A DNA stretch of 64,000 bases from Candidatus Cloacimonadota bacterium (GTDB lineage: Bacteria > Cloacimonadota > Cloacimonadia > G963667145), in contig OY762940.1 in assembly GCA_963667255.1 (NCBI GenBank), positions 672,001-736,000 of the forward strand. The letters are read 5' to 3'. Every line of letters begins with the position of its first letter. Positions within the stretch are counted from its first letter, which is position 1. Both the position numbers and the translations under genes were made by a program. The notes below the pieces were generated by a model, which was not told the DNA's origin, ran no database searches, and saw only the letters and a list, made by a program, of their open reading frames with translations. Positions 9,562-18,566 of the stretch are shown here, in pieces.

Positions 9562-10218
9562 ATGGAATTTCAGAAAAAATCTCCTAAGCCGATTGACGAA
9601 TCGTGGATGACGACTTATTCCGATTTGGTGACTTTGTTGCTGTGTTTTTTTGTGCTTTTGGTGTCTATGTCAAGCACAAACATGGGTATGTGGCAAGAAT
9701 TTAAAGAGGGATATCGTGCTGAAATTGAGGCTGCTGAAGACGATTTTGCTACTCCATTATCTAGAATGAAAGCCGATTTGGATTCTATGTTGATAGAAGA
9801 GAGAATGGCAGGCATTGTTTCCATTCGCCTAAATCGTTCTTCTATTACCATCAATATTTTGTCCGATGCACTTTATCGCACGGGCGAGGCGGTAATTATC
9901 AAAGAAAATATTGGGATTTTAAACAAGATTTCCGAGTCTATTAAGTCCATTAATTACTACGAACCGAAAATTGACATTGAGGGGCACACTGACGATGCTC
10001 CTATCCATAATTCCAAATTTCCGTCTAACTGGGAATTGTCTGTTGGCAGAGCGTCTAATATTGTGAGATATTTCATTTCTCAGGGAATAACTCCCGAACA
10101 GATGAAAGCCGCCGGATACGCTTATATCAAGCCTTTAGCTCCAAATAGAGACCAGGAAGGCAAGCCGATAAAGGCAAATCGCGATTTAAACCGTCGTGTC
10201 GTTATCGACATCCATTAG
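9562..10218 (+). CDS. motB: flagellar-type stator subunit MotB/PomB (TM Asp + OmpA-like peptidoglycan-binding domain)
   Basis: WMTTYSDLVTLLLCFFVLL, IEGHTD, NWELSVGRA, NRRVVI. Confidence 0.92.
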   Translation: MEFQKKSPKPIDESWMTTYSDLVTLLLCFFVLLVSMSSTNMGMWQEFKEGYRAEIEAAEDDFATPLSRMKADLDSMLIEERMAGIVSIRLNRSSITINILSDALYRTGEAVIIKENIGILNKISESIKSINYYEPKIDIEGHTDDAPIHNSKFPSNWELSVGRASNIVRYFISQGITPEQMKAAGYAYIKPLAPNRDQEGKPIKANRDLNRRVVIDIH

Positions 10219-11589
10219 GCTGTTTTTTATTTCTCTTATAGATTTCGGGCTAACAAACAAAGTCTTCTGATTTTTGTAGTTTACTTGTCCCATATCAGCA
10301 CCTTTTCGTTTCCATACATAGCGGATTTGCGTCCAATCTACCGCAACTTTTTCCGAATGCTTGGCTTTGGAATAATAAGCGGCTAAACTCGCAGCGATTT
10401 CCATCAGTTTCATGGAGATATTTTTTTTGAATGGATTAAAAATAACCACATGCGAACCTTTGATGGCTCTGGTGTGAAACCATAAATCTGTTTTGCCGGC
10501 TATGTTACAGGTGATTTTATTATTTTCGACATTGTTCCGCCCAATCATTATCTTGATATATTCGTCTATCTTCAGCTCTTTATACTCTTTTTTCTCGGTT
10601 TTCTTTTTAGCAGGGGAGCGTTTTACGATGCTGATTTCCTGAGTTTTATTTTCCAAATCAGCGATGGTGCTTTTTTTGGAACTAATTTGCTTTTCCAAAA
10701 TTTCTTTTCCCAAGAGAGCTTTTTTGTATTTTTTGAAGTAATGCTCTATGTTTTGGCGTGGAGACAAATCTCTTTTGAGTTTGAGCGAGATTTCGGGCAA
10801 ATTTGGGTCGTAATAATTGACCAACTTTATCTCTTCTACACCGATGGGAATTTTAGCAAAATTGCCTTTGAGCAGTTCACCTGACATTCGCCAAAATTCT
10901 AATTTATCGTAATCTTTAAGCGTTTCTTCCAATTTCCTAAGACTGTTTCTCTCTTTCGTTATCTGTTTTTCAATTATTTTTTCATTCTTTTGCTTGATAA
11001 CAGCTAATTTTTTGGGATAAAGTTTCTTGTAATAGAAATGCTCCAAATAGGCATTAACGGAGTTGAAAGAGTAGTCCTCGTCGTGCAGGGGTAGAGGTAG
11101 AGGAGAAAATTCGTGCGTGTTTTTGCTCTCAGGAGTTTTGTATTCTATTTTGGGCAAAATCTGTCTTTGCGGATTCTCGGCAAAGGTGTAAAACTTTTTG
11201 GCAGAAAGAATATTGTGTTCTTGGAGAAAAATAAGATTTTGTTTTCCAGTGATTAGCTCCACGACTATTTTCAGCGAGATTTTTTCCCCATAGATGGAGT
11301 TTTTTTCAAATTCAAAACAAATTATTCTGTCGTTACCCAGAATTTTAATCTTCGATAACAGAGCATTTTTAAAAACATTGGAAATCCCCGATAGAGTTGG
11401 TTTGAAATCTAAAATATCTGTTTCTGTGAAGAAGCAAAAGCTATTTTCTCCAGAGAGATTGATTTGGAGAAATTTGTTCCCATTTATAAAAGAAAGCCGA
11501 AATTGGTCTTCAAATCTTTCGATTTCTTTGACTTTTAGTGTTTCGCCAAACGGTTCGTTGCACCATTGAACAAGAGTAGAATAATCCAT
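10186..11589 (-). CDS. rqcH: NFACT/RqcH (FbpA-like) ribosome quality-control protein
   Basis: DRII..ELITGKQNLI, YFKKYKK, GRNNVENNKI, DLWFHTRAIKGSHV, AAYYSKA. Confidence 0.85.
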   Translation of the reverse strand: MDYSTLVQWCNEPFGETLKVKEIERFEDQFRLSFINGNKFLQINLSGENSFCFFTETDILDFKPTLSGISNVFKNALLSKIKILGNDRIICFEFEKNSIYGEKISLKIVVELITGKQNLIFLQEHNILSAKKFYTFAENPQRQILPKIEYKTPESKNTHEFSPLPLPLHDEDYSFNSVNAYLEHFYYKKLYPKKLAVIKQKNEKIIEKQITKERNSLRKLEETLKDYDKLEFWRMSGELLKGNFAKIPIGVEEIKLVNYYDPNLPEISLKLKRDLSPRQNIEHYFKKYKKALLGKEILEKQISSKKSTIADLENKTQEISIVKRSPAKKKTEKKEYKELKIDEYIKIMIGRNNVENNKITCNIAGKTDLWFHTRAIKGSHVVIFNPFKKNISMKLMEIAASLAAYYSKAKHSEKVAVDWTQIRYVWKRKGADMGQVNYKNQKTLFVSPKSIREIKNSLMDVDNDTTV

Positions 11590-11600
11590 TTAATTTTAAG

Positions 11601-11638
11601 AAAAAAAGGCAGACATTACGCTTTCATAAGTCTGCCTT
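11601..11638 (-). terminator. probable intrinsic terminator downstream of the serA-like gene
   Basis: 9-bp stem AAGGCAGAC (11606-11614) / GTCTGCCTT (11630-11638); the A-run gives a U-tail on the minus strand. Confidence 0.6.
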
Positions 11639-11654
11639 AGAAATTTCAAATAAA

Positions 11655-12572
11655 CTATTTGTTCACTTGGAAAGTTTTAGTTCCGTCTTTGAAAAAGGCG
11701 ATAATTTGCTCTGCGGCAGCCACAGCAGCGTTTATATTAGCCTCTGCGGTTTGAGCACCCATCTTCTTGGGAGTGGCGAAGAAACGGTCGGTAAACGCTT
11801 TGAACTCGTCCAGTTTGTTGGGAGCAATATCCGTCATGTACTTGAACTTATTGTCTTCTTGCATCTTTTTTAGCAAGCCGTCTTCATCAATAACCTCTTT
11901 CCTCGCTGTGTTAATAAGGCAAGCACCTTTCGGCATTTTGGAAACAAGGTCATAGTTGATTGACTTCTTGGTTTTGTCGTTAGCAGGGATGTGCAAAGAC
12001 AAATAGTCAGATTTGCTGTAGAGCTCTTCGACAGAGCCGGCACAGGCATCGCAATCTTCCTCTATTTTGCATTTGTTGATGAACGGGTCGTAAGCGATTA
12101 CTTTCATGCCAAATCCCTTGGCGATGTTTCCCACGAGACAGCCGACATTTCCGTAAGCGTGAATACCCAAGGTTTTCCCTTTCAATTCACTGCCAGATTT
12201 CCCGTTGTAACAGCCACGAGCAGCCATTATCATCATTCCGAGAGCCAACTCGGCAACAGCGTTGGAGTTTTGTCCGGGTGTGTTCATCACCACGATGTTT
12301 TTTGCGGAGGCAGCTTCGCAGTCAACATTGTCGTATCCTGCACCAGCACGAACCACTATCTTTAGGTTTGGAGCAGCGTCCATCACTTCCTTGGTCACAT
12401 CGTCGCTCCTGATAATCAAAGCATCGCAATCGTCGACTGCGTTTACGAAATCGCTTTGCTCAGCGTAATTTTCAAAAAGCACCAACTCGTGCTCGGACTT
12501 GCTTACAGCTTCTTTTAGTTTGGATATGGCTTCGGCTGCAAAAGGTTTTTGGGTTGCTACCAAAATTTTCAT
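11655..12572 (-). CDS. serA: D-3-phosphoglycerate / D-2-hydroxyacid dehydrogenase (short SerA type)
   Basis: RAGAGYDNVD, NTPGQNSNAVAE, INTAR; ATG 12572 preceded by AGGAG. Confidence 0.8.
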   Translation of the reverse strand: MKILVATQKPFAAEAISKLKEAVSKSEHELVLFENYAEQSDFVNAVDDCDALIIRSDDVTKEVMDAAPNLKIVVRAGAGYDNVDCEAASAKNIVVMNTPGQNSNAVAELALGMMIMAARGCYNGKSGSELKGKTLGIHAYGNVGCLVGNIAKGFGMKVIAYDPFINKCKIEEDCDACAGSVEELYSKSDYLSLHIPANDKTKKSINYDLVSKMPKGACLINTARKEVIDEDGLLKKMQEDNKFKYMTDIAPNKLDEFKAFTDRFFATPKKMGAQTAEANINAAVAAAEQIIAFFKDGTKTFQVNK

Positions 12573-12720
12573 ATCTATCTCCTTTTCGGTAAAGTATTTT
12601 AACACCACTTAAATCGAATAAGCTAAAAATTAGTCAATAAAATATAGGGAATTTCTGATTGGGAAATGCTGATGCGAGATTTATTTGGGAATTTGGGTAT
12701 GGAAATTTTATTAAGGTGAA

Positions 12721-12820
12721 GAGTAACGTTAGGGATATACGAAGTTTTTCTGTAGCGTAGCGAAAGAAAAATTTGGGTGAAGCCCGAGCCGAGGGCTGAA
12801 CCGTATATCCCTTGTTATAC
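12721..12820 (+). repeat. attC-like imperfect palindrome (100 bp)
   Basis: GAGTAAC..AGGGATATACG / CGTATATCCCT..GTTATAC arms with a bulge near the AAC/GTT core and two internal hairpins. Confidence 0.55.
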
Positions 12821-12876
12821 GCCCCGACGCCTGAAAGGAGGAGAGCGCAGCGTGGCTTGAAGCGTAGCGGAGTGAG

Positions 12877-12925
12877 TTCAAAAATATTTTTCGTTTTGAC
12901 TCATTATAATAGGCTTTCAGAAAAC
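12877..12925. repeat. left arm of a bipartite inverted repeat flanking the 12925-13410 gene
   Basis: TTCAAAAATATTTTTC-N16-ATAGGCTTTCAGAAAAC, mirrored at 13449-13498. Confidence 0.85.
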
Positions 12926-13410
12926 TATACAAGTTTGGCTATTTTTTTTGCAAATACTTGAATGTTATTTTTCGCATCATCAAAAAGTTTTTCGCAATCA
13001 TTATAGTTCACTTTATCGAACAACTTATCTTTTAAAATATAATCAAATCTATTTGGATCTGGAGACATTGTGTATTTATGTTTCGCTTTGCTTAATTTGC
13101 TATGGTAGTTAATTTGTATCTTGCGATTCATTCCTGAGAGCCAAATTTCGTACTCAAATTTATTATGCGTGAAAGCGATAACAAACTTCAATCCTTTTGA
13201 TTGTAGTTCATCATTAGTAAATTGGAAATGCTAAGAATAATCCATATTGTTTTCAACAATATTTCCCGTGAACTTATAATCAGACATATTCCCCGATAAA
13301 TAAGTTCTAAGACCCCTAAAAAACTTTACAAATTCTTGATAACCCTTTTGTAGGTTGGTAGATTGTATAAGTTTTTTGTATTCATTGATGTAGTTAGCGT
13401 TGATTTTCAT
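12925..13410 (-). pseudogene. ~161-codon hypothetical gene (resembles DUF7000-type proteins) interrupted by an in-frame TAG
   Basis: ATG at 13410 with AAGGA RBS reads MKINANYINEYKKLIQ..MDYS*HFQFTN..; the TAG at 13231-13233 is in frame with the 88-aa track ORF. Confidence 0.7.
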
Positions 13411-13448
13411 AATATTATCCTTAATGATTAAGTATTTATAAATTAATC

Positions 13449-13498
13449 GTTTTCTGAAAGCCTATCATCATTTTACCTCAAGAAAAATATTTTTTGAA
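13449..13498. repeat. right arm of the bipartite inverted repeat
   Basis: GTTTTCTGAAAGCCTAT (exact 17-bp reverse complement of 12909-12925)-N16-GAAAAATATTTTTTGAA. Confidence 0.85.
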
Positions 13499-13680
13499 TT
13501 GCGTATAACATCTGTGTATAGTTATTGTTCTTATACAGCCAAATTGGAGGGATAAACACAATTGTTTATATTTTTCTTTTATCATAACTGCTCCTTGCTA
13601 ACCAAAAAAATTCTAAATCGATTTATTTATACAATTCAATATTCTGTCAAGCCATAATTTCCCAAGAAAGAAAATTTGTG

Positions 13681-13714
13681 TTGACAATAAACACCGTTCA
13701 CTGAACAGTGTTCA
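13681..13714 (+). promoter_or_regulatory. -35 box overlapped by two tandem palindromic operators (probable TetR sites)
   Basis: TTGACA at 13681, then TAAACAcCGTTCA (13688-13700) and the perfect TGAACAgTGTTCA (13702-13714), just upstream of an AGGAGG RBS. Confidence 0.6.
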
Positions 13715-13732
13715 AAAATTTTAGGAGGAACG

Positions 13733-14497
13733 ATGAAAGGTTTGATGTTGGGTATAATTTTTAGTGTGGCATCGTGCTTATTTGCGGTGAGTGGACTGGA
13801 GGTGATGAAGATGGTGGACGAGCGAGATGACGGCAAGACGATGGTTTCCGAGAGCAAGATGGTGCTTACCAATAGGCAAGGCAAGCAGCGGATTCGTATG
13901 ACCAAAATGTTTAAGAAAGAGTATGGTCAGGACGAAAAATCTTTGTTTGTTTTTTTGGAGCCTGCCGATGTGGAAGGAACGGCTTTTTTGAATTGGTCGT
14001 ATGACGATATCAGCAAGGACGACGAGAAATGGCTTTATATGCCGGCTTTGCACAGAGTGAGACGGATTGCCTCATCTAACACCGGCGACTATTTTATGGG
14101 GACCGATTTTACTTACGACGATATGGGGCAGAGAGAGCCGGAAGAGGATACTCATGAGCTTTTGCGGGAAGAGACTCTTGAAGGTTTGGATTGCTGGGTG
14201 GTGGAGTCCAAGCCCAAAGAGGACGATTATCAGTATTCCAAAGTTGTCAGGTGGATTAGCAAGGAGTATCTTTTGCCGATAAAAGCGGAGTTTTACGACA
14301 AACGGGGAAGATATCTGAAGAAGATGACGGTTAGTAATATTCAAAAAATTGATGGAATTTGGACGGCTTTTTCTCGCTTGATGGAGAATGAGCAAGAGCA
14401 ACACACGACACTTTTACAGATACAAAATGTGAAATACAATCAGGAAATTTCCGACAGACTTTTTAAGGTTGCCAATTTGAAAAGGGGTAAATTTTGA
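13733..14497 (+). CDS. outer-membrane lipoprotein-sorting (LolA-like) protein
   Basis: FLEPADVEGTAFL, WLYMPALHRVRRI, FMGTDFTYDDM; signal peptide. Confidence 0.85.
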   Translation: MKGLMLGIIFSVASCLFAVSGLEVMKMVDERDDGKTMVSESKMVLTNRQGKQRIRMTKMFKKEYGQDEKSLFVFLEPADVEGTAFLNWSYDDISKDDEKWLYMPALHRVRRIASSNTGDYFMGTDFTYDDMGQREPEEDTHELLREETLEGLDCWVVESKPKEDDYQYSKVVRWISKEYLLPIKAEFYDKRGRYLKKMTVSNIQKIDGIWTAFSRLMENEQEQHTTLLQIQNVKYNQEISDRLFKVANLKRGKF

Positions 14498-15651
14498 GGA
14501 AGAAATCGCTACTAACTTTGCTTTTTGTGCTTGTGAGTGTTTCCGCTTTTTCGCTTGATTTTGGTGGAGAGGTCAGCTCGTATCACGGTTGGCAGAGCAG
14601 GGAGAGCAACAAGAGTTTGATAAATCTCAACCAAGCATTGCTGAAGATTAGCCAAGAGGGGAGCGGCAATCTATTTTTCACCAGCTTAAAGGCAAAGTCC
14701 AACAACAATACCGACCAAAATGAGTTGAGTTTGAAGGAAGCCTATTTCGATTATTTTGCTGATGAGTGGGATTTTCGCTTTGGGCGACAATTGATTATTT
14801 GGGGCAAAGCCGATGGTTTGCGGATTACCGACCTTATTTGTCCGATGGATTACAGCTTTGGTCCAGGTCAAGATTTGGAGGATATGCGGATTCCTGTCGA
14901 TGCTTTCAAATTTAGCTATTATCCCGAATATTTCGATTTGGATTTGATTTTTTTGCCGACGGTTAGCGGGAATGTTTACCCTTTGGAAGACTCTGTGTGG
15001 AATGTTTACGGCTACAAAAATGTGCAACACAATTTGCCGGATAAGACCTTGGAGTCCTCGCAATTTGCAGGGCGATTAGGCAAAAATTTTGGTGCTTTTG
15101 ATTTTGCTGTGAGCGGATTTTATTGTTGGCTACCCGTGAGCAGTTTTTCGCAAGGGACTTTGCTTATCGATTACAAGCGAAGCACTATTTTCGGGTTGGA
15201 GGCTTCCACTTCCGTAGATGCTTTCGTTTTCAGATTTGAGTCGGTATATTATCGGCGAAACTTTTTTGCCAATGGGTCTGTGGAAAAGCCTTGGGCAGAT
15301 GCTTTGTTGGGAGTTGACTGGTATCTTGGGAATAATTGGACTATTATCGCTCAACTTGAGGCGGATTTGGTTTGCGATTATTCCAACAAAGTTGTTAGAG
15401 ATGAGTCGGAGAGCATGGGAACATTGACTTTGAAGAAGAAGTTGTTTCGCGAAAAATTGGAGTTGTCTCTGCAAACCGTGAACAATTTTGCTTATCACGA
15501 CATAGTTTGCAAGTCCGCAGTCAATTACGATTTTGGCGGAGGTCTGCACATTTTGCTTGGCTACGATTATTATGACGGCAAAACTCAGGGAACTTTCGGC
15601 AGATTTTCCGACAACTCTATGTTTTGGTGCAAGGGCAAATACTCTTTTTGA
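14494..15651 (+). CDS. outer-membrane beta-barrel (DUF1302-like)
   Basis: LKEAYFD, FGRQLIIWGKADG..ITDLICP, terminal KYSF; usual partner of the flanking genes. Confidence 0.7.
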   Translation: MRKKSLLTLLFVLVSVSAFSLDFGGEVSSYHGWQSRESNKSLINLNQALLKISQEGSGNLFFTSLKAKSNNNTDQNELSLKEAYFDYFADEWDFRFGRQLIIWGKADGLRITDLICPMDYSFGPGQDLEDMRIPVDAFKFSYYPEYFDLDLIFLPTVSGNVYPLEDSVWNVYGYKNVQHNLPDKTLESSQFAGRLGKNFGAFDFAVSGFYCWLPVSSFSQGTLLIDYKRSTIFGLEASTSVDAFVFRFESVYYRRNFFANGSVEKPWADALLGVDWYLGNNWTIIAQLEADLVCDYSNKVVRDESESMGTLTLKKKLFREKLELSLQTVNNFAYHDIVCKSAVNYDFGGGLHILLGYDYYDGKTQGTFGRFSDNSMFWCKGKYSF

Positions 15652-15667
15652 GTGAGGGGAGAAAATA

Positions 15668-18019
15668 ATGATTAATTTGGAGAGAATAAATAACTGGTTT
15701 AATTCGTATGGTAAATGGCTTGTTAGGAATAGGTTATGGTATTTTTTGTTTTTTGTTTTGCTGTTGGCGGTGTCCATAATCGGTTTGCCAAAATTGCAAT
15801 CGTCGGCTGATGAGGACAATTGGTTTGGCAAGAAAGATAGAACGATTATCGATCAAAACAAGATGGAAGAGATATTTGGGAATACGGATATTGCCGCTGT
15901 GCATGTGAGTGTCAAAAATATTTTTACCAGGCAAAATCTGGAGTTGATAAGGAAGCTCGGGCAAGATTTGGAAGACAATGTTCCTTATGCTGACGATGTT
16001 TTTAGCATCACTTCGCTGGAGTATAGCCAAGGCAGTGAGTGGGGAATTGAGATAGAGGATTTGATTCCAGAGGATATTCCCGACGACCAAGAGGCTTTGG
16101 ACAAATTGCGAGAAAAAGCCATCTCCAAGGAGCTAATCAAAGGGCAGGTAATTAGTGAAGATTGCACGGAAGCTTGGATAATCTTGCGACTTCTCAGATA
16201 CAAGGACGGCGATGACGAAGCGACTTTGAAAATTGGGAAAAGATTTTTGGAGGTGGTCAATAAACCGCTTTATGCTCCTCTGTCTCCCAAAGCGACGGGT
16301 GTGCCTGTGATAATGTATGAGAAGACGAATTTTTTTAGCCACGAAACTCCGCGAGTGATGAAATTCTCTTTTTTGGTCGTTTTCTTGATTTTGCTCGTAT
16401 CTCTGCGGTCTGTGCGAGGGATTTTCATTCCCTTTTTGACTATCGCTTTCAGTTTGCTGATAGTTTTCGGATTGCAAGGGCATTTGGGCATCACGATAGA
16501 CCCCACGGTGGTAACGATGCCGATTTTTTTGGGACTTTCGGTTGCTGTCGGCTACAATATTCACATTTTCCATTTTTATCAAGATTATCGCAAAAAAACC
16601 GGAAAGGTAAAGGAAGCGGTTTACTACACTTTGCAAGAGAGCGGTTGGCCAATTTTGTTCACGGCACTCACCACCATTCTTGCCTTGTTTTCCTTCCTTT
16701 TCATCTCCTCTCCGCTTTTGCAATGGATTGGCTTGGCATCGGCTTCGCTTGTTTTCGTGAGCTTGCTTTTGGTCTTGAGTTTCACTCCGATTTTGCTCTC
16801 CTTTGGCAAAGATAAGGCGGTTGCTCCCAACAAGGTGCTTGCCAGAGGTGTAAGGCTAAATAAATGGCTTGCAGGGTTTAGCGACTGGATTTTCGGCAAT
16901 AGAAAGAAGATAATTTTCTTTTACATCTTAATAACCTTGATAGGTGCTTGCGGGTTTTTTATGTTTAGGATTTCTTTCAGTCCAGTGGATTCCATCGGGC
17001 TTAAAGTCCCTTATGTCAAGCGAGTAAATGCGATTGCTCACTCCCAGATAGGTGCACTTGCCTCTTACAATATCATCATAGAATTTCCCGAAAATGATGC
17101 GGTAAAAGAGCCTAAAAATATGAAGAAGCTCGATGAGTTGGTCAAGTTTATCGAGACGAAAACGGTTTTGACCAAACGGGTGAGTTCGATTGTCAAAATC
17201 ATTAAAGATATGAACAAGGTGCTTTTTGACAATAAAGATGCCGAATACAAAATTCCCGACACAAGGCAGGCGATTGCTCAGGAGCTTTTGCTTTACGAAA
17301 ATTCGGGAGGAACAGAGGCAACTCGCTGGATAGACTACGATTACAAAAGGTATCGTATTCAAGTGGAATTGCCTGAGATGGACACGAAAATTGCTGACCA
17401 AGACATCATCAAAATCAAGGAGAAAGCTCGGCAACTTTTCCCCGATGCCAAGGTAAACGAAGTGGGAACTTTGGCAAAGATGGTGGTTATGGCAGAGCGA
17501 GTGACTTATGGGCAATTGTTCTCTTTTTTCATCGCTTTGGTGATAGTCGCCATTACCCTGATGGTAGCTTTCGGTGGTGTGCGAGTGGGACTTGTGGGTA
17601 TGATTCCCAACATCACTCCGGCGATTTTGGCAGGTGGTGCTATGGGCTATTTGGACATTCCGCTGGATATGATTACCGTGACCATTATGCCCATGATTTT
17701 GGGTTTGGCGGTCGATGACACCATTCACTTTATCAATCATTACAAACTCTATTACAACGAATATGGCGATTACAAAAGGGCTTCCGCCAGATGTTTCACT
17801 TCCATAGGAGTGGCTCTGATTACCACTTCGGTGATTTTGATTTTGAATTATGCGGTCTATCTCTCCTCCACAGCCGCTATGCTCCAACATGTGGGACTAT
17901 TGGCGATAATCGGTATCGGCTCGGCACTTTTGGCAGATTTTTTCATCACTCCAATTTTAATCAGAATGCTCGAACCTTTTGGCAAACATATAGATAGCAA
18001 GGAAAAAAATGAGAGTTAA
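15668..18019 (+). CDS. MMPL/RND family transporter
   Basis: Two-repeat TM architecture; GLSVAVGYNIH and GLAVDDTIHF motifs. Confidence 0.9.
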   Translation: MINLERINNWFNSYGKWLVRNRLWYFLFFVLLLAVSIIGLPKLQSSADEDNWFGKKDRTIIDQNKMEEIFGNTDIAAVHVSVKNIFTRQNLELIRKLGQDLEDNVPYADDVFSITSLEYSQGSEWGIEIEDLIPEDIPDDQEALDKLREKAISKELIKGQVISEDCTEAWIILRLLRYKDGDDEATLKIGKRFLEVVNKPLYAPLSPKATGVPVIMYEKTNFFSHETPRVMKFSFLVVFLILLVSLRSVRGIFIPFLTIAFSLLIVFGLQGHLGITIDPTVVTMPIFLGLSVAVGYNIHIFHFYQDYRKKTGKVKEAVYYTLQESGWPILFTALTTILALFSFLFISSPLLQWIGLASASLVFVSLLLVLSFTPILLSFGKDKAVAPNKVLARGVRLNKWLAGFSDWIFGNRKKIIFFYILITLIGACGFFMFRISFSPVDSIGLKVPYVKRVNAIAHSQIGALASYNIIIEFPENDAVKEPKNMKKLDELVKFIETKTVLTKRVSSIVKIIKDMNKVLFDNKDAEYKIPDTRQAIAQELLLYENSGGTEATRWIDYDYKRYRIQVELPEMDTKIADQDIIKIKEKARQLFPDAKVNEVGTLAKMVVMAERVTYGQLFSFFIALVIVAITLMVAFGGVRVGLVGMIPNITPAILAGGAMGYLDIPLDMITVTIMPMILGLAVDDTIHFINHYKLYYNEYGDYKRASARCFTSIGVALITTSVILILNYAVYLSSTAAMLQHVGLLAIIGIGSALLADFFITPILIRMLEPFGKHIDSKEKNES

Positions 18020-18566
18020 AGAAGATATTTGTCCGGTTGGTAAATCGGAAATGCTTTTGAGCAAATTCAGAAAGCTAATTCACAATCCGCAAAGAATGTT
18101 TTCGCCTTTTGTAAAGCAGGGTTGCAAAGTTTTGGAAATTGGTTGCGGTCCTGGGTTTTTTACTCTACCTTTGGCAAAAATGGTAGGAAATAGCGGAAAG
18201 GTTTTTGCTCTGGATTTGCAAGAGGGGATGTTGGAGATTTTGCAAAAAAGGGCTAAACTTGCGGAAGTTGACAGGCAAATCGAGAGTGTATTGTCTTCGG
18301 CTTCAGAGTTTAAATTGGCGGAGAAGGTCGATTTTGTTTTATTGTTTTATGTGATTCATGAAGTGCCAAACCCTTTGTCAGTTTTCCGCAAAATTTATGA
18401 GCATTGTCATCAAGGCACAAGGGTTTATTACACCGAACCGCCTTTTCATGTGGATAAGGGAAAATTTGCAGAGTTCTTGGAAATTGCTCAACAAGCCGGT
18501 TTTATCGTGGAGAAAAAATTCGGGATTTTGGATAAAACTGCAATTTTGAGAGCAAGCCATGTATAA
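18009..18566 (+). CDS. class I SAM-dependent methyltransferase
   Basis: VLEIGCGPGFFT, ALDLQEGML. Confidence 0.88.
   Translation: MRVKEDICPVGKSEMLLSKFRKLIHNPQRMFSPFVKQGCKVLEIGCGPGFFTLPLAKMVGNSGKVFALDLQEGMLEILQKRAKLAEVDRQIESVLSSASEFKLAEKVDFVLLFYVIHEVPNPLSVFRKIYEHCHQGTRVYYTEPPFHVDKGKFAEFLEIAQQAGFIVEKKFGILDKTAILRASHV

Noticed and set aside
8747..10218. MotA/MotB pair as Zorya ZorAB or as ExbBD/TolQR
   Set aside because: MotA lacks the long ZorA tail and no zorC/D/E genes are adjacent. The B subunit has a flagellar-type TM motif and an OmpA-like domain, unlike ExbD/TolR, and a FliG partner is present.
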